Of a DNA stretch of 64,000 nucleotides, positions 1-15,445 are shown piece after piece (the stretch's first letter is position 1; each line of letters begins with the position of its first letter). Position numbers and translations under genes: made by a program. Source of the stretch: Amoebidium appalachense (Eukaryota; Protista; Ichthyosporea); the NCBI GenBank assembly GCA_963693365.1, contig CAVNZM010000016.1:2095984-2159983 (forward strand), written 5' to 3'. The notes beneath the pieces are model-generated. The model was not told the origin of the DNA. It was given only the letters and a program-made list of their open reading frames with translations, and did no database searches.

Positions 1-176
1 GTTACACGGTACACAGTTATGGTGCGAAAATTATGGAACACACACAACACAGAAGGTCGCACGAAGTAACAAAGGGGCCGAAGCAGCCCCCCCCCCAGCC
101 CCCCTCCCCCCCCCCCCCCCCCCCCCTTCTTCCCCTCCCCCCTCCCCCTTCCCTCCCCCCCCCCCCCCCCCCCAAT

Positions 177-291
177 AAAAAAAAAAAGGAAAGAAAGAAA
201 GAAAGAAAGGAAGAAAGAAAGAAGGAAAGAAAGAGAGAGAGAGAGAAAGAAAGAGAGAAAGAAAGAGAGAAAGAAAGAGAGAGAGAAAGAG

Positions 292-333
<42 letters not shown>

Positions 334-386
334 TGAGAGAGAAAGGAAGGAAGCAAGAAAGAAAGAAAGAAAGAAGGAAAGAAAGG

Positions 387-422
<36 letters not shown>

Positions 423-485
423 AAGAAAGAGAGAAAGAAAGAGAGAAAGAAAGAAACATGAAGAAAGAAAGAGAGAAAGAAAGAG

Positions 486-536
<51 letters not shown>

Positions 537-605
537 AAGAAAGAAAGAAAGAAAGAAGGAAAGAAAGAAGGAAAGAAAGAAGGAAGGAAAGATAGAAAGA
601 AAGAC
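177..605. repeat. (GAAA)n/(GA)n purine microsatellite
   Basis: Continuous GAAA/GAGA/GGAA units; the ORFs over it are low-complexity artefacts. Confidence 0.95.
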
Positions 606-843
606 AGAAACCAGGGGGAGGGGGTGACTCAGAGTGAGCGAGAGCAAAAGCGGAGATGCAACACAAGCAGAGCCCATGTTCAGGGGGGTCCGGCGTCATC
701 AACAGTATGGTATGCCTGAGTGGCCGGGGGGGAGAGGGGAGGGGGGGGGGGGGGGGGGGGGGGGGCAAGGTGTAACGACGTCCGGAGGGAGCTGTGAAAA
801 AGACATGAAAAAAAAGGGACTGGTGGGGGGAGGGGGGGTCTAC

Positions 844-1029
844 GTTGGGGTCCACATGGTCCCTCATGCCGTTGACTTGGTCCTTCAACCACTGCTTTGA
901 CATCCTGTCGGGATGCTCAATGTCCACGTCGTAGCGGTCAGCGTCGGCCTTGGAGAGGTTGAGCACCACCGGGAACATAGGCATGTCGGGTTGCTGCATC
1001 ATGGAGGTCTGCACGGCCAACACGTGCTC
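844..1029 (-). CDS. Probable internal exon of an unknown spliced gene
   Basis: TTTTCCAG|GAG acceptor and AAC|GTAGAC donor. The 186-nt open frame EHVLAVQTSMMQQPDM...DHVDPN has GC3-rich codons amid simple repeats. Confidence 0.5.
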
Positions 1030-1374
1030 CTGGAAAATATATTTGTTAATATTTATACTCTTAATGCAGGGTCTAGATAGCAAGCACGGTGTCACATAGG
1101 GTGTGTAGATGGAAGAAGGAACAGAAGTAAGTGTAATGTTTTAGCTTCAGATGACTTAATTTCTGATTTGCAGCTGTATCAACATTGGGGAATGTGCACA
1201 ACAATTCACCCGTGTGGCTTTGCAGTTCGATAGGTGTCTTCTATTTAACAAACATACAGGGGTCGACTAAATTTAAGATTTTCCGAAATTAGGATTGTAG
1301 CGCTAGAAATTTTGGAAAATTTAAGATTCTAGCCGGCTGGACCTTCCAGTCTATCCTTAAGATTTTTTCGCTAG

Positions 1375-1429
<55 letters not shown>

Positions 1430-1499
1430 ACACCACCACCACCACCGTGACCACCTTGAAACCCCCCCTCCCCCTCCCCCCTCCCCCGGGACTATCCCT

Positions 1500-1544
<45 letters not shown>

Positions 1545-1758
1545 GGAAAGGGGCTGCGAGATAGTTTCATGAGCATCATCAGTGATTGGCTGCAGGGCCG
1601 AGGCGGGCTTTTAGGCCAATCATTGGACAGCATGGCACACGAGTTCCATGGGCACACACGGGGCCCCTCTCAGCAGGGCCTTTCTTTACCAGTTCGGCCT
1701 TTCCTAACAACATCTGTGCGGCATCTACTCAGCCCTTAGTAGTTAATGAGTTGGAAAA

Positions 1759-1950
1759 ATGTCCGCCCTCGACGGGGAGGACGGCCGTACCAGGCTCGCT
1801 AGTGCTTTCGATTTTATGGGCCAAGTGGAGAAAGCTGCAAAAAAAATAAAGAATGATTTTTCTGCAAATATTGATGGTGCTGTCGATGAGTTCAAACAGG
1901 AATTAATTTCCACCCTTTTACCCAAAACAACCAATACCAATGCCACGGGG
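1759..1950 (+). CDS. Short protein-like ORF fragment, unknown
   Basis: MSALDGEDGRTRLASAFDFMGQVEKAAKKIKNDFSANIDGAVDEFKQELIS reads as a helical protein and then decays into simple repeat. Confidence 0.3.
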
Positions 1951-2156
1951 GCTTTAGCCGACCCCCCCCCTACACACAAGCACACCCTACACAAACACTC
2001 GCACAGACACAGCAGCCAGCCCTGCTGCAGGGCCCCCGGCAGCGGGTAGTGAGACAGTTCCCAGGCCAAACACGTGCGCGTGTTTGAAGGCGCGCACACT
2101 GAAGAGTGTTGGTTGATATATATGGAACTACGTGTACACATGTGTGGGAGGGGCGG

Positions 2157-3200
<1,044 letters not shown>

Positions 3201-3628
3201 GGGGGGGGGGTGCGCGCGCGTGTTTTTTTTTTTTTTGGGGGGGGGGGGGAGGATGGCCGGTGGCCGCAAGGGGGAGAAAGGAGGAAGGGAGGGGGGGGGG
3301 GGGGGGGGGGAGAGAGAGAGTGTGTGTGTGTGTGTGTGTGTGTGTGACGAGAGAAGGGGGGAGGGGGGGGGGGTGTGCGTGGTTTTTTTTTTTTTTTTTT
3401 TTTGGGGGGGGGGGGGGGGGGGGAGGTGGACGGCCGGTGGCTGCCACAAGGAGAAAGGAGGGAGGGAGGGGGGGGGGGGGGGGGGGGGGGGTAGGTACAG
3501 GAGGAAAGTCTAAGAGCAGCTCGACGGAGAAAAGGGGCACCGAGATAAAGAATAGAGAACCTATAAGAGATAGAAGGGGAAAGAAAGAGGGAGAGATAGA
3601 GAGAGTAAGGGGAGAGAGAGAGAGAGAG

Positions 3629-3664
<36 letters not shown>

Positions 3665-3797
3665 TGAGGGGGAGGGGGGGGGGGGGGGGGGGTTGGTGGA
3701 AAGAGCGAGGAGAGAGACATGGGGAAGAGTGGCATCAATTGGTCTAAAGAAGTAAGAATAAATACATCATACGACGCGAAAGTAGGGTAGAGCATTT

Positions 3798-4640
3798 CTA
3801 GTTTTGTGTACTTGTATGTGTAACGTTTGTAGCATGCAGGTGCACTGCTTTGTTTAGCTTAAAATAACTGCCCATAGCTAAACTTTCACTCCCAGGACAC
3901 TCAACGTACCATTCACAGAAGGCCTCGTGGCCGTCCATATCCGTAATGGTGACTGCAAACTCGTTGGCCACTGGCACCCAGTTGTCGGGAACAGCCGGAA
4001 GGAAGTCGGTGGCGGGTAAAGTGATGTCGTACCGAGGGCATTGACGGGTTTCTTTCAACTCTGCTACAACCCCTGACCGCAGGTACAACGGCGCTCCTAC
4101 CAGAACGAAGTCTATGTCAGTGCTGTCTTCAGTCAGGCTAGCTTCGACGATGGACTCGACATGAAGGACGTGGCACTCGAGCAGTGGTTCGTCGCCGGAC
4201 TGCAGCTGCTGGGCAATTTGCTCGCACGTTAGGCCCCCTGCTGGCTTCGAAGCCCGATCGTGAAATTGTTTCGAGGCATCTTCATCAACCCAGTAGTAGA
4301 GCAAAACGGTGACCGGCCGAACGTGGGATCTGTATTCGCCATCATCGCCCATTGCGTCGGAGTTTTCAAACCCCAAAAAGTCGCTGATGCGGGCGTTTCC
4401 ACCCTGCCGAAGTACCAAGCCGTACACCGCTATCCCAAAGGCAAACAGAGAGGGCTCTTCGTCGTTGGGTAACGCTGCCTCGGCTACATCATGGAAAATG
4501 CGGGCCACCTTTTCCGAATCGAACTGCCCGGACAAATTTTTCTGCCCCCGGCGTGGTCTCTTTGTGAGCGTGGCCGTGGGCGTGGGAGTGTCCTCAGCGG
4601 GACGCTTGACAGGGCGCGTGCCGGCGCCTTTCACGGACAT
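3798..4640 (-). CDS. Hypothetical protein (280 aa ORF), possibly a first exon or transposon accessory gene
   Basis: Complex-sequence ORF with AAAAATGT start context and basic NLS-like KRP..KRPRR. It is divergent from the transposase. Confidence 0.65.
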   Translation of the reverse strand: MSVKGAGTRPVKRPAEDTPTPTATLTKRPRRGQKNLSGQFDSEKVARIFHDVAEAALPNDEEPSLFAFGIAVYGLVLRQGGNARISDFLGFENSDAMGDDGEYRSHVRPVTVLLYYWVDEDASKQFHDRASKPAGGLTCEQIAQQLQSGDEPLLECHVLHVESIVEASLTEDSTDIDFVLVGAPLYLRSGVVAELKETRQCPRYDITLPATDFLPAVPDNWVPVANEFAVTITDMDGHEAFCEWYVECPGSESLAMGSYFKLNKAVHLHATNVTHTSTQN

Positions 4641-6103
4641 TTTTAAAGAAGCTATGGTATGAATCTCACCGAAACCACTGCAACTGCAAATGAGGGACAG
4701 CGGTGCGCAAGCCGGCTATATCCACGAAAGGGTTGTAAGATTCTTAAGCCGACCCGGCGGCGTCAAACTCGGCCCTAACTTCAATGTACATTGTAATAAT
4801 TTAACAAGGATGTTTGCATAATGTTAGAGTATCAAATAGAATTTCATATGTGTCTGCATATGTAGGCATATATTGGTCTACACACATGGCAGTTACTGTA
4901 TGAGCTGTAAATCCAAAGGATACTCCAATTCTACGGTATGTCAGAGAAATAATTTCGAGCCCCATATGTTTCTTCATTCTGATTGGCTTTGAATACACAT
5001 ACTGCATGATACAGCATCTTAGATCTCTGCTTCCTATTGGATGAATGAAATGCACGTCGATCCCGAACCAAATTTCAGCTACTTTAGAGTGCATTCTAAA
5101 CATCTCTGCTGTCTTCTCGGACTGAATATCCATTGCCAGAATCAAAGAAATAATAAATAATTTATACATGGAATATTCTAGGCACGCCAATTCTAGTTTT
5201 ACGGAATAAATGAAGGCTCGAAAGGTTTGCACGGGTTGGCCTCGTGCGTTCCCATGAGTCTGATTGGTTGGTGGCATAAATCGTGCGAGTTTCCTAGCCG
5301 CTACTAGGGTTATGATCATGTCAAGGGTGCTTAGATCCTTTCTGATGTACGTTTACTTCCTTTTTATTTTATTTTTTTCACTTCTTTTTTTTTGTTGTTG
5401 TTAATTAGGGACTCTAATAACAATGTTTATCTCTTATCATGTGAGTTATTGCAATAATCACTATACTGTCAATAGTCGTGTGTCTTACGATCTGATCATG
5501 GCTGAGGAATTTTGGTAACTTCCACTCTTTGAACGGCGTAGGCTCGGCCAATAAGAAAATGCGAGTTGGCCTTTTGCCACCCCAGCGCCAACTAGGACAC
5601 ATGTTGTCCTAGCGCGGTGGCAATGTGGCTTTAGGTGTCTTTTTCTTTGTTTGGTTTTTTCCAAAACATGTTCAACAGCAGGAGGTACGGGCTCCATTTT
5701 CGTACATCTCCAGAACTTTTCTACTACAAAATATGTTACGTTGACTCATTTATGCCACAATGACACACTACCATATTTTCACACTTGAAAGATTCCTTTT
5801 TATGAACCATTAGGCACACATTCTGTTGTGCGGCATGTCACCGCGCCAGACTGGATAAAAAATATCCTGCCAATCAAAGCATTGTGTCTTGGCTATGTTT
5901 GACTGGCGAAAGATGCACCAAAACAGATCTGCATGCTCCCAGGGGAACCTGACAACTAGTATTAGCATACATGCGAGACCACCCATGTGCCACACGTACC
6001 CAGTAACGACTTGTGTTTGTGACATTTTCAAGTGCATGGGATTCTAATCTATCGTCTCAAGCATATGAACAGAGGAAATTACGTATAGGTGAGGGCTTGT
6101 AAA

Positions 6104-7154
6104 ATGGGCCCAATTGTGAGAAGCGGCCCTGTCAGGCCCGTGGGGACATGTAGAAGGCAGGGAGCCCCATTACAAAAAGACACGTTAACCACAGGCCCGA
6201 ACGCTAGAAAAGTTCTTGGCGAGCTACAACAAAACTTCACATCTAACTCAAGTGGTAACAATGCAAATGCAAAACGGGGCAGCATTGTTAATGATGGCTG
6301 CGCACGTGCACGCAAACGCACACGTATTGACACATGCAACAACACAACGTTAGCAAACTGCAACAACCCGGCGAGTACCAGACAAATCAGCAGCAGTCAA
6401 TTAGGTAGTGGCAGTGCGGAGGAGCTTTCTTTTTCAAGAGAAGCAATGGATGCCGAAGAGGAGAATGCAAAAAGATTAATCGAAGAGGTGGAGGCACGGC
6501 GGAAACATGGGGTGGCCAGATCGAAGGCGGCGATGGCTGATAAATTAAAACGTAACCGTGCTGAGGCACAGCAGAGGGACCGAGTTACTACAGGGGCATT
6601 CCCGCCCACGCCCATAGGGTCTGCGCAACCTTTTCTGCCCGACACAAAAAAGAAGTTGTCAGAGGCAGCCATTGAAAGTGTCTTGGCTATGACTTGCAGG
6701 TAAAGAAAAATCACACTTCTGGCGCACATCATCTGAGCCGGCGCATGTAAATTGACACTGTTTGAGCTAGCATTCCGTACATTCAATCATTAGTGGAATA
6801 CTAGAGCGGAAGCCCGTGTGTGTGCCACATTCAAGTTCTGGTGCTCGTCAGCTCTGAGCCAACCAGTGGGGGGACTTGCTTCATTCTTACATTGCAGCTG
6901 CCTGTGGCATGCATAATGGGTGAGCAAATACTGTTATAGCTAGCTGTGATAGTATGATGACCGTCACGTAAGGGGTGGTATTGTACAGTATTCATTTGTT
7001 CTCATATGTCCTCCCTACTGCAGGTGCAATGACAACTGCTACGAGAGATTCACGTCAGCGCAGGTGAAAAACCTGAGGACTCGGTGGCTCTGTTTGCCTC
7101 CGTCAGTTCGCAACCAGGCGCTGTTCGACTATATGACCCAGCATTTGTAAGCAG

Positions 7155-7188
<34 letters not shown>

Positions 7189-7804
7189 GAAATTATACCC
7201 AAATATATCTCTCAAGCCATTTTAACCCAGGCGAGGTAAGGCTAAAACAAGGCTAAAACAAGTACCCCCCCCTTTTTTTATAGTTATCACCCCCCCCCCC
7301 CCCCCCCCATCCCCCCTTTTATAGATATCAGGAGTCAATGACATCCTAATACCTTAATGTTGGCAATGCCGAATACTCGTCTAACGCTTGCCCATTAAAT
7401 GCTCTGCTCACGGACGTACAATATGCAGTTCTTCTATACAGACACTTCTCGGTGCCATTGTGTGCAGTCCGGTATGAAGGGTGAACTCTGCATGCTGATG
7501 TACATAGATTATGATACTTCCCCCCGGATACAATCTCATCTCACCCCACGTAATTGCTACCATAGGGTGAAGCTTGGCAACAACAGCACGTCCCAGAACA
7601 AGTCTGCCGTCCAAGCGGGCAAGGTCGAGATACCGTGGATTCTGGACAACACAGGGGTAACCCAAACCCCCCCCCCCCCCCCCCCCCCCCCCCGAAACCC
7701 ACACACACACACACACACACACGTAGTATACACACGCACCGCACGCACACACGCATGCACGCACGCACGCACGCACACACACACGCAAGCATGCAAACAC
7801 ACGT

Positions 7805-7840
<36 letters not shown>

Positions 7841-8558
7841 CAGTGCCACGCACACGCACACACACACACACACACACGAACACACGAACAGGCACACACA
7901 CACACACACACACCTCATACGTACAAGCTCACACACATGCCCTCATGCACACATGCCCACACCCACACACCCACGCACCCACGCACCCACGCACCCACAC
8001 AATCAGCATCACACAGGCATATAACACGGCAGCAACTAATGTGGTTGCATCCAGAGTTCGGCACATACTACGCACAGAGTTCGGCAAACAGTTGTGCTTT
8101 TGTGCTGGTCCGGCCACACACACCACCCCAACTGCCAGTTTTTTATTTATTTTTTTTATTTTTATTTTAACACGTTTGGTTAACGTCATCCACCTGCTGC
8201 CGGAAGAGTGCATAGGACACAGTCCCATTAGCTACGTTAGAACACCAACCGCCAGTGACTTATAAATTTTTAAATTTTGGATAAAACTTAAAAACTGAGA
8301 TGTGCATGTGGACAGAAATTTTAAGCGTGTTTATAGGGAGAGAAGGAGAGAGCTCTAGGTACACAAGAGGGTCAAAAAGGGGGACCGGGCCTGGACCACG
8401 TGATGGCTTCGTTGATGCTCATGCCAACACATGACGGTTGCCACGCGCGTGCAAATCTGAGAGAGAGAGAGAGAGGGAGAGAGAGGGGGAGAGAGAGAGA
8501 GGGGGGGGGGGAGGGGGGGGGGAGAGAGAGAGAGAGAGAGAGTGTGTGTGTGTGTGTG

Positions 8559-8591
<33 letters not shown>

Positions 8592-8989
8592 AGGGCTATT
8601 CGTTGGCAAGAGCCAGGAGAGACAGGGGGAAGAGTGGTGTCTATTGGTCTAATAAAGTAATGATGAATACCGGAGGGGGGGGGGGGGGGGGATGGGGGAT
8701 TGGGGCGGGGAGGGGGAGAGGGGGAGGAAAGAACGGGAGGGGAGGGGGGGGGGGGGGGGGGGGGCGAGGTCTGCCAGGGATAGAGAGGGAGATGCAGACA
8801 GAGGGGGGGGGGGGGGGGGGAGGAGGTGAATACCGGAGGGGGGGGGGGGGATGGGGGATTGGGGGGGGGGGGGGGAGAGGGGGAGGAAAGAACGGGAGGG
8901 GAGGGGGGGGGGGGGGGGGCGAGGTCTGCCAGGCATAGAGAGGGAGATGCAGACAGAGGGGGGGGGGGGGGGGGGGAGGGGGAGGGAGG

Positions 8990-9046
<57 letters not shown>

Positions 9047-9836
9047 GATGGGGGCAGGAAGGCCGGGGGAGGAGCGGGCTCGGGTGGGGAGAGCATGGAA
9101 TGATAACATGTGTGAAGGAGCAGCGAGGTCGGTGAGGAAGAAGGGGAGGGGGGGGGGAGGGGAACAAGGTTAAGAAAAACAATACACCAAATGACCTCCC
9201 CCCCCCCCCCCCCCCCCCCCCCCGCCCCCTCCCCCCTCCCGATCCCATTCATTTCATCCCAGATCTGCCAAGAAGCATTCATCAACATCATGGGAATGTG
9301 CCGAAACACGTTCATGGCCAGAAAGAATGAATTCCTACAAGGAGCTCGGTTTTACGTACATGGCAACACCGGTGAAGGCAACATCTCTTTAGCGGTGGAG
9401 AGATTTATTGCCTGGTTTTCCGAATTCATCGACCTCATCGGTCAGTTGATGCCCGACACGTCTACAATACGCTTGCCGCCCGCTTACACCAAGGAAGAGA
9501 TCTGGATGGAGTACGTCAGGGTGTGTATTTCATATATACCCCCCCCCCCCCCCCCCAAACCACATCTCAATGCATACACCTACACGCACGTACATACGCA
9601 CACACGCAACTACGTACACGGAATTACACACACATGCACACATGCACACATGCACACCGTTCTACACACACATACACACATACACGAACACGTATTATAA
9701 ACATGCACGCTAACACATGCACAAGCATACACTGCTGGGCACAGCCACCCACCCACCCACCCGCTCACCTGCTAAACCTCATTCCCACACACAAACACAC
9801 CCATAAACTGTCAGAAAGAGAGAGACACCGACCCCC

Positions 9837-9879
<43 letters not shown>

Positions 9880-9931
9880 CTCGCCTACCCACACAGGCGC
9901 ATGCAGCATCATATTGCTTCACATTACCTTA

Positions 9932-9968
<37 letters not shown>

Positions 9969-11422
9969 TCCCCCCCCCCTTCTCGAACACAAAATCAATA
10001 GAACACAAACACACACACCCACACCCACCCACCCACCACCCCACCCACCCGCAGCCACACCCCTACACTCACACCCACACCCAAACCCACACCCACATAC
10101 GTATATAATTTGCTCTCCCCCCTCCCCCCCCCCCCCCCCCCCCCCCCCCCACAAGCACTCCTGCATATATGGTACAATGCAACCAAGGAAGCCCACGAAC
10201 ACACAAGCACAGGAAAACATGGCTGGGCATTCAGACACACCCACCCGCAAACCCACCCACCCATCCACCAATCTACCCAAACAACCAAATTCCCGCGGGT
10301 CCACACACTCACTCATAAATCCACCTATTCACGAAACTTGCTTTATCTCACTCAGTGTCACCTGTTTAACCTCATTACCGAGATACAAACACACCCAGGC
10401 ACACACAGAGAGATACCAACCCACACAATGCCGTCCACCCACCCACACAGGCACATCCATCACAATGTCATATTGACCCACACTGCCTTACCCATGCCTT
10501 CACCATCGAAGCACACGTGGCATGCAATGGTGCACGTGAAACCCCACTCCCCCCCCCCCCCCCCATCCCCCCCCCCCCCCCTTCCCCTCCCCCCCCCCCC
10601 CCCCCCCCCCTCCCCCCAACCGAACAACACACAAGCACTATGGCATCCTTATCAACATGCATACATACATAAACAACCTTTTGAAACACAAGCGTGTGAC
10701 ATGCATTTTATCGTACATTATTAACTTTTACAACCAGCACACTGCAACTCAGGAGGTTATGCACACACACATGCACACATACCCACACACACACACAAAC
10801 TTCAAACGACACACACATGCAATCACACACCACACAGCACATTACACATGTCCCTATTACCATCGAAGCAACACCCAAACACCCAAACAAACAAAGGGAC
10901 ATCCATTACGAAACACAAACACACACACACACAGGCACACAAGCACATACACACGTACACACGCACAGTGTCAGGCACACACACATGCAAGGGCACCCAC
11001 ACACATACACACACGAAAACATCCATCCAAAACTCCACATTCGAAACACAACCTCTATTCTACCCATACAGATATTGTTACATAAATACTGACCTACGTC
11101 CGCTTGGAAAACACAGGATATCACAGCCGAGGACACAGCCAACCAAGAAGAATTCGAGGCACGGTGGGCACAGCTCCATCCCGATTTCGACGAACAGGAA
11201 CATGTACTTGGCCCCGACCAGGCACGTCTCTCTCCCCCCCTCTGTGTGGCTGTGTACATGTGTGTGTACGCGTGTGCTTGTGTGTGTGTATGTGTTTTTT
11301 TTTTTTTTGGGGGGGGGGGGGGAGGGGGGGGGGAGGGGGGGGATGTGGAGGAAGACAACAGGGTGGGCAGTTTAAGCATGTGTGTGAGAATGTGTGCGTG
11401 TATGGGTACGTGTGTGCATGCT

Positions 11423-11500
<78 letters not shown>

Positions 11501-11737
11501 ATGGAGAACTTGGGAGGGGGGGAGGGGGGGGGGGGGCAAGCACTGCAATGTTGAGTACATTGGGGCAAACAGAGTGTATACCGAGGGAGAGGGGGGCAGG
11601 GGGGGATAATGGGCCAAACCTGTCCATCTTCCGTATTTGGGATAGTATACGTCGTAATGTAGCCTGACATCCTGACATCATGTGAGGTATGCAGCATAAC
11701 ATGCACCTCCATGCAACCCTACTTCTTAAGCGCCTAA

Positions 11738-11820
<83 letters not shown>

Positions 11821-11895
11821 GTGTGTGTTACAGTATGTGTACGTCAGAATGTGTAGGCGAATTGGTATGTGAGCATACGTGCATGAAATCGTGTA

Positions 11896-11951
<56 letters not shown>

Positions 11952-12307
11952 GGGGGAAGGCAGAACAACAAGAACAACAACAACAAAAAAAAACACCCCG
12001 CCTACACCTTACTGACAGAGAGAAAAAAACCCACACTAATCGATCTTCACACCTTCCAGACTGCCTCAGGCCACAAGCGCAAACGGCAAGCACGGGTAAC
12101 AGACAAGGGCTACCTTGATCAAGAGGGGTTTCACGCAGCCTGGAGAACCCATTTCAAGGGTGTAAGTTTAAGCACCGAGACCACCAACTTCGTCAAATGT
12201 GAGTACTGCTGCATTCTCAAGGCCCGCCTCAAGCTGGCCACCACCAATGCTGCAAGGATCCACATCCGTGAACTGCGGGAGGCACACATCAATCTCCAAA
12301 GGCTGGT

Positions 12308-12341
<34 letters not shown>

Positions 12342-12524
12342 ACCCACCCACCAAACGCCATCACCACCACCACCATCATTACGTGCACGGCACACACATA
12401 CACAAAACCTTTACAACATCACACCTGACAACATCTTCCAAAGTAAACACCCACGCACGCACATTACACACACACACACACACACACAAACATTCCTTCA
12501 CACTCCGCCCCCCACACACACACA

Positions 12525-12594
<70 letters not shown>

Positions 12595-12940
12595 CCACAA
12601 CCACACAGTCCGCCCCCTCCCCCCCCTCCCCCCATCCCCCCTCACACACACACACACAGTCACATGTTCTCGTGGAGGAGGGCAAAGAAAGGGGGGGGAG
12701 GGGGGGGGGGGCAACGGTGTTGTGCATTTGTGTGTGTGTGTGTGTGCGTGTGTGCGTGTGCGTGTGTGTGTGGTTGCGTGCGCGCATGCACGTGTGCGCA
12801 AGCACTTGGACTTCCCTCCCCCCCCCCAAACACCATCACCACCACCACCATCATTACATGCACGGCACACGCATACACACAACCTCTAAAAGAACACACC
12901 TGACAACCTGTTCCAAAATAAACACCCACGCACGCACATT

Positions 12941-12992
<52 letters not shown>

Positions 12993-13056
12993 TGCACACC
13001 CGCACACCCGCACGTACCACACATGCACACACACAACCACAACCACACAGTCTTCC

Positions 13057-13092
<36 letters not shown>

Positions 13093-13175
13093 ACCTGAAC
13101 AAAACACACACACATAGTCATGTTTTCGTGGAGGAGGGAAAAAAAAAGGGGGGGAGCTTGGGTAGTGGCGTTGTG

Positions 13176-13234
<59 letters not shown>

Positions 13235-15445
13235 ACGTGTGTGCGCAAGCACTTGCAAGTGACTGTGTGTACGTGTGTGCCTGCGCGTAGGGTATTTGGG
13301 TTGGTATTTGGGTTTGTATCTGGCGACATCACATGTATTTCAAATCACCGCATCGCGCACATCTCTTTGGTAGCAACTTCCTGCAATCAAAGTATGTCAC
13401 TATATACATACACATATTCGCAACTAGAGTGCATGAAACCGCACAGCTTTGTCGTACACACGCATATTCGCAATTATTAGAGTGCATGAAACCGCACAGT
13501 TGTGTCGTACAGCCATTGAAGAAAAACGAGTGACGTCATCCTAGTACCAACTAGGATGACGTCATCCTAGTTGTAACTAGGATATATTGTCCTAGTTGTA
13601 ACTAGGATCCAGAGTCCTAGTTGTGATTAGGATCGGGTCTCCTGGTTGACACTAGGATTATGATCCTCCTAACCATATATATAGTGATTGACCATGAGAT
13701 GTCACAGAAAGGAGAGAGAGAGCTATTACCAGCATCGGTCAGCTGCAATTCGGGAGCCACACAAGTACATGAGTGTCATCGTTGACTCAATGGACCAAGC
13801 AAAATCCGAAATCCCGAACGTACATTGGAACTCCAAAGCCGCGAGCTCGATTCCCAAGAAGGCCGTTCGGATAACCAGTGTCCTCGTTCATGGCCGCACC
13901 CTCTACACAATCGTGGATGAGCACGGTCGCAAGGGTGCCAATGTCCAAATCGCGGCACTCACGTTGGCAATCGAGCGTGAATTGGAGATACGGGGCTCGT
14001 TGCCAGAGACGTTGTACGTGCAAATGGATAACGCCTCCGAGAATCATTGCAACGCAATGATGCAATTTTTTGAATTACTCGTTTCTAGGGGTGTGTTCAC
14101 CACTGTGGAGTGTTCGTTCCTTCTTCCGGGACATACGCACGAGGATATCGATGGCCGCTTTCGGGGATTCAACCATTACCTGACTCAGCAACCGCCGCGG
14201 ACTGTTCCCGATTTGATGGAGACTTTGAAAAAGCGACCAAGATCGAAAGATTTAGCGCCGTATATTCGCCAAAGAGGGAGAGTGGTGGAGCCTCCTGAGG
14301 TGCACAATGTACAAGCCATTCCAGAGTTCACAGAGTGGTTAGCCCCTTGCGCCGATCCCCTGTCGTACTTCGCAAAATGGCGATGCTTCCGATGGATCAA
14401 ACTGGACACTGGCGTAAAATTTGAGGTTCGGCGACTTGCCAGCCAAGGCGATTGGATAGAATGTAGAGGTTCGCGTAAGGCTCTTCTTCACACGCTCCCC
14501 AACCAGCCTGCATCGATGTCAATCAAGGTGAACCAAGGGTCGTCTATTCAGCCTTTTCCGATTTGGCTACGCGAACAATGGGGCACACTTGGAAGTATGC
14601 TTGAGCGATTGGCTAAGGACAATGTATTTTTGGACCCTGATGGAGAGCACCTGGAGTGGTGGAAGGAGCAAGCGCAGAGTGCCGGATATGATACAGTGAC
14701 AGGCGAGTTCACGCAACCTGCGCCGGCATTCGAAATTGTCATTACGTTTCCCTTTCGGCTGGTTAGCGATTTGACATCCAATCGATCATACCCGCGACCG
14801 CCCCCTCCAGGTCTTCCGGCCATCCCGGACGAACTTGAAGATCCGAACAACAGAGATGGAGATGACTGCGACATACCGTGCATCGGGGCTGACGGTAGGA
14901 GGGAAAGGCGCCAAATCGTAAAATTTACAAACCCGGGTGCTCCCAACGAAAATGATTTTGTGTTGGTGCACACTTGGGACGACGCACAGAATACTCCCGG
15001 ATCAGACTACTTGGGGGAATTTTGTGTGGCGAAAGTAATTCATATTGAAAATCCAGAGGCCCTACCGGCTGATAGAACTTTTTGGGTGCATTGGTGGTGT
15101 CCTGATGGTGTGGCTAGTGATCTGAGATATGACGCAAAACTGCAACCTATGTTTATTCACAAGGAAGATCCTGCAAGGCAGACTTCCACTACCTTTCCAG
15201 TTTTGACTTGCACAGATAAAAGTTTTCAGGGGTTCTATAGGCCGAATGTACAGAAGGAGCAGTTAAAGGAATATGTTCAATGGATAGACCCTGTGAAATT
15301 CGAGAATATGTGTGGGACGATTTCTACCGGAAGTAGTTTTCTTGGAAAATCGGGTAAGGGTAACAGGTTCAATGTTGTAAAATCTCAATTAATGGCATTG
15401 CTCGAATTAAGCAAATCGGAGGTCAAGCGGGGTTTGGAAAAATAA
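6104..15445 (+). CDS. Spliced Sola-like / DUF7869-type DDD transposase, ~1050 aa
   Basis: Exons 6104-6699, 7024-7146, 7566-7656, 9263-9520, 11117-11221, 12060-12301 and 13708-15445 join in phase (3153 nt). Motifs: [46 protein letters not shown]. Confidence 0.85.
13531..13660. repeat. Array of five ~25-bp palindromic units TCCTAGT-N4-ACTAGGA
   Basis: Units read directly: tcctagtaccaactagga, tcctagttgtaactagga x2, tcctagttgtgattagga, tcctggttgacactagga. Confidence 0.9.

Noticed and set aside
1502-1542. Long poly-T as a retroposon tail
   Set aside because: No TSD or element body could be identified.
4792-5350. AT-rich segment starting TGTAA as another solo LTR, and the 172-aa ORF on it
   Set aside because: No matching CA end with a TSD was found, and the ORF has no recognisable motifs.
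13531-13660. CRISPR-like array
   Set aside because: Linkers are only 6-8 bp, there are no cas genes, and the context is a eukaryotic intron.
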